Shown piece by piece: positions 61,397-64,000 of a stretch of 64,000 nt of DNA. Position 1 is the first letter of the stretch. Every line of letters starts with the position of its first letter. The notes under the pieces were generated by a model that saw only the letters and a program-made list of their open reading frames with translations, was not told the origin of the DNA and searched no databases. The stretch is from Spongiibacteraceae bacterium (lineage in GTDB: Bacteria > Pseudomonadota > Gammaproteobacteria > Pseudomonadales > CAMLJR01), in assembly GCA_043786385.1 (NCBI GenBank), contig JAYVWC010000076.1:3761-67760 (forward strand), read 5' to 3'. The translations under genes and the position numbers were made by a program.

Positions 61397-61458
61397 GTAC
61401 CTAAAAGAGTACCTAAAAAAGTACCAAAAAAGCGTACCGAAAGGGTGTCCCAAAAAGC
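61397..61458. repeat. Five tandem 12-13 bp imperfect repeats
   Basis: GTACCTAAAAGA, GTACCTAAAAAA, GTACCAAAAAAGC, GTACCGAAAGGGT, GTCCCAAAAAGC. Confidence 0.8.
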
Positions 61459-61582
61459 ACTGGGGATCTTCTTGGTTGTGCGGTGTGCTGAAGCTTTTGC
61501 AGTTCACCGCACATGATTAACCTCAAGTTTTACGCCCAACATAACAAGCCATTTTATCGTAAGTGGCAGTGAGAGGATTTTT

Positions 61583-63097
61583 ATGAATGTTAAAGCTGCG
61601 GATCAATCGGGCAATGGAATAATAAAACAGTGTGTGGTCGGCACTGCTAATTTCGGTCTTGATGTATTAACCGCAGCCGTTCGCGCTGTTATTTATCCCT
61701 TTCGGCAAAGAGATAATGTGGTGCCTCGGATAAGCCCCAGCGCGCCAACTAGCGGTTCGCTTACTTACCCGAATAAGCTGGTGCCCAGCGAGCCAGTATT
61801 GGATTTCCCTGCCTCCGAAGGCCGCTTGCTGAACATGGATTCCGACACCTGGTTTCTGGAGGGGGTACTCGAAGGCAAAGAGTCCGGTCGCAGGTATTCA
61901 TTCATCGTTATCTACTACGTGAGCCGACTGCGCGGCATCATTCCATTTAATTTTTATTCTTTTACGCTTTACGATTTAGAACGTCGAGAATACGGCACAT
62001 TCACCAAATACGGTAACGTCAAAGCGAAGACGGGTTATTTGGATCTGCGCCTTTCGCTGCCGGACCAAGATGCGGTATGGACTACTGCAACTGATAAAGA
62101 CGGCTGTTTAATACCGTTTGCATACAAGGTTAATTTCCCAGGGGTCGATCAAAACGGCAATAAAATGAGCTTGATCGCCGATGTCACGGTGAGAAATCCT
62201 CCGGTACCGGTAGGTGCCGATACGTACAACGGTAAAATTAGAATCCTCAAACAAGACGACACTTTCTCGTACTTCCAAACGGGCGTGCAGTTCGATGGTA
62301 CGCTGAATTGGGGCGATCGCAGCGAAGCGATTACCGGTCGTTTAGGCCATGTCGACCGCCAGATGTTTCCGCTGCATAGCGGCATTAACGGTAGTATTGA
62401 TGGTCGCAATTTATCGCATGAATGGCGCACCTATTTTCTGGAAAATGGATTGGATCTGAGCGCCTGGCGCCAATTTGATCGCAATGCGCGAAATCACGAG
62501 TACACCTTTGGCGGTGCAACCACTTACGATCCGGTGCATGGTGGTAGATATTTTGGCGACATTTCCTATGAAATTATGTCGTACCAGCGCGTGCAGAATC
62601 CGCCGGTGCAGGCGTTCGTAAAACCGCGCGTTTACAAACGCGATAGCGTGCTGTATTTCACTGCTCGTCATCGTTTGAGTTCACCTTCATTGGGGTTGGA
62701 TATCGTAGCGGAGCCGCTAATTTATGCACCGCTGATACGCTTTCCGATTGAATATATGCATGGCCCGGTTTTACTGAACGGTACTTTTGAAGGTAAGCCA
62801 GTTAAAGGTATTGGGTCGCTGGAGTTAACGCTGGCGCTGTATCGGGATTTTGAGTTTGTGACCGTGCTGTTTAACAGTGTGAAGCATCTTCCCGCTGATG
62901 CGGTGCTGCCGAACAGCACGCCGATCGACGCCATTTTGAATACTATCACGCAGGTCGGTAAGCTCGTCGATAGCAAAGACTCGGCCGCAGCGATCGCGTT
63001 GGCGAACGGACAATTGCGTGCTGAAATCAGCGGGCTTGCCGAGTCGCACAAAGGCACGATGTTGCAGATACTCGATGACTTGATATCGGTAATGTGA
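61583..63097 (+). CDS. AttH/CrtC-like (lipocalin-like fold) protein
   Basis: FPASEG...DTWF.G.L, TFSYFQTG, GHVDRQ, HEWR, EYMHGPV, G.G.LE pattern recalls AttH-fold hydratase/cyclase relatives; helical C-terminal extension. Confidence 0.55.
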   Translation: MNVKAADQSGNGIIKQCVVGTANFGLDVLTAAVRAVIYPFRQRDNVVPRISPSAPTSGSLTYPNKLVPSEPVLDFPASEGRLLNMDSDTWFLEGVLEGKESGRRYSFIVIYYVSRLRGIIPFNFYSFTLYDLERREYGTFTKYGNVKAKTGYLDLRLSLPDQDAVWTTATDKDGCLIPFAYKVNFPGVDQNGNKMSLIADVTVRNPPVPVGADTYNGKIRILKQDDTFSYFQTGVQFDGTLNWGDRSEAITGRLGHVDRQMFPLHSGINGSIDGRNLSHEWRTYFLENGLDLSAWRQFDRNARNHEYTFGGATTYDPVHGGRYFGDISYEIMSYQRVQNPPVQAFVKPRVYKRDSVLYFTARHRLSSPSLGLDIVAEPLIYAPLIRFPIEYMHGPVLLNGTFEGKPVKGIGSLELTLALYRDFEFVTVLFNSVKHLPADAVLPNSTPIDAILNTITQVGKLVDSKDSAAAIALANGQLRAEISGLAESHKGTMLQILDDLISVM

Positions 63098-63365
63098 GGC
63101 AGTAGTAATTTACGACGAGACGGACGCGGCATCGCACTGGTGCAAGATCGGGCGATCGCCGCGGGCAACAATGCAGTTGGGCTTTACCCCGTAGTGGGAA
63201 TACCTCAGACTACTCCTGATCGCTGCCGCGTTTGCTGGCCTGTAAAAGACGTCGGTAGTAACGTTGTTATTCGACCACATCACAGCCGACGCGGCGACAA
63301 AGCATGCCCGCAACACTGGCCTGCATGATGTGCGCGCAGCATTCTCTCTAATGGCGGAGTTACTT

Positions 63366-64000
63366 ATGAGTGATGATCCAATCGTGATCGCCGGTTTTGC
63401 TCGCACGCCGCTGGGCGGTTTCCAAGGTGACTTCAAAGACATTACTGCACCGGCGCTGGGCGCCGTGGCAATTCGTGCAGCCGTCGAGCGCGCAGGCCTT
63501 CAGCCCGCCGATATTTCTGAAGTGTTAATGGGTTGCGTATTGTCGGCAGGTGTTGGCCAGGCTCCCGCTCGTCAGGCTGCCATCGGTGCAGGCTTGCCTG
63601 AAAGTGTGCCGTGTACCGCGATCAGCAAAGTGTGCGGCTCCGGTATGAAAGCAGTCATGCTCGCGCACGATTTAATTGTTGCCGGCAGCGCCGATATCGT
63701 CGTTGCTGGCGGTATGGAAAGTATGTCGAATGCGCCGTATCTGTTAGACAAAGCTCGTTCTGGCCAGCGTCTCGGTCACGGTCGCATGATCGACCATATG
63801 TTTTACGATGGCCTCGAGGACGCTTACGACAAGGGCCGCTTGATGGGTACTTTCGCGGAGGACACAGCAGCGCACTACGGATTTACACGTGTTGCACAGG
63901 ATGAGTTTGCGTTGACCTCGCTGGCGCGCGCGCAAGCCGCAGCTGAAGCGGGTCATTTTGTCAGCGAAATCGTTCCGGTTAAAACTGCTAAAGCAGAAAT
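63366..64000 (+). CDS. Acetyl-CoA C-acyltransferase (thiolase), 3'-truncated by the window edge
   Basis: Manual translation gives MSDDPIVIAGFARTPLGGF..GQAPARQA..KVCGSGMKA..GGMESMS; GGAG RBS. Confidence 0.95.
   Translation, partial: MSDDPIVIAGFARTPLGGFQGDFKDITAPALGAVAIRAAVERAGLQPADISEVLMGCVLSAGVGQAPARQAAIGAGLPESVPCTAISKVCGSGMKAVMLAHDLIVAGSADIVVAGGMESMSNAPYLLDKARSGQRLGHGRMIDHMFYDGLEDAYDKGRLMGTFAEDTAAHYGFTRVAQDEFALTSLARAQAAAEAGHFVSEIVPVKTAKAE

Noticed and set aside
61397..61458. CRISPR array (also considered for 25284-25349)
   Set aside because: Units are directly tandem with no spacers, too short or degenerate, and no cas genes are present

Overview
64 kb of a gammaproteobacterial chromosome. 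The gene order suggests a Pseudomonadales/Cellvibrionales-like organism (inference). Most of the window is housekeeping: cysS, folD, four tRNAs (Pro-TGG, Arg-TCT, His-GTG, Ser-GGA), LysR-leuCDB-asd-usg-fimV-truA-trpFBA-accD-folC-dedD-cvpA-purF-metZ, dnaX-ybaB-recR-rnd-ycgL, cysK, a MoxR/vWA pair, fadL, speA, rmuC and bcp. Four accessory blocks stand out. (1) An AT-rich 1.6 kb segment (31.77-33.3 kb) is built like an integron cassette array: two ORFs bracketed by attC-like hairpins with matching GTTRRRY/RYYYAAC core sites and no integrase in the window (CALIN-like). It carries a half-MreB/YjaA-like protein and an orphan. (2) A three-gene, apparently exported cell-wall-glycan module: CE4 deacetylase, DUF4015 glycoside hydrolase, and a serine-hydrolase (AmiE-like)-NamZ fusion. 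(3) A GAF-PAS kinase / CheY-like / REC-REC-kinase-REC signalling trio whose first kinase has an apparent in-frame deletion. (4) A CoA-dependent catabolic cluster at the right edge, with a perfect 20-bp palindrome upstream of an amidohydrolase. dnaX has a complete E. coli-type -1 frameshift signal, and short tandem duplications recur at gene termini. All family assignments come from motif recognition by eye; no searches were run.
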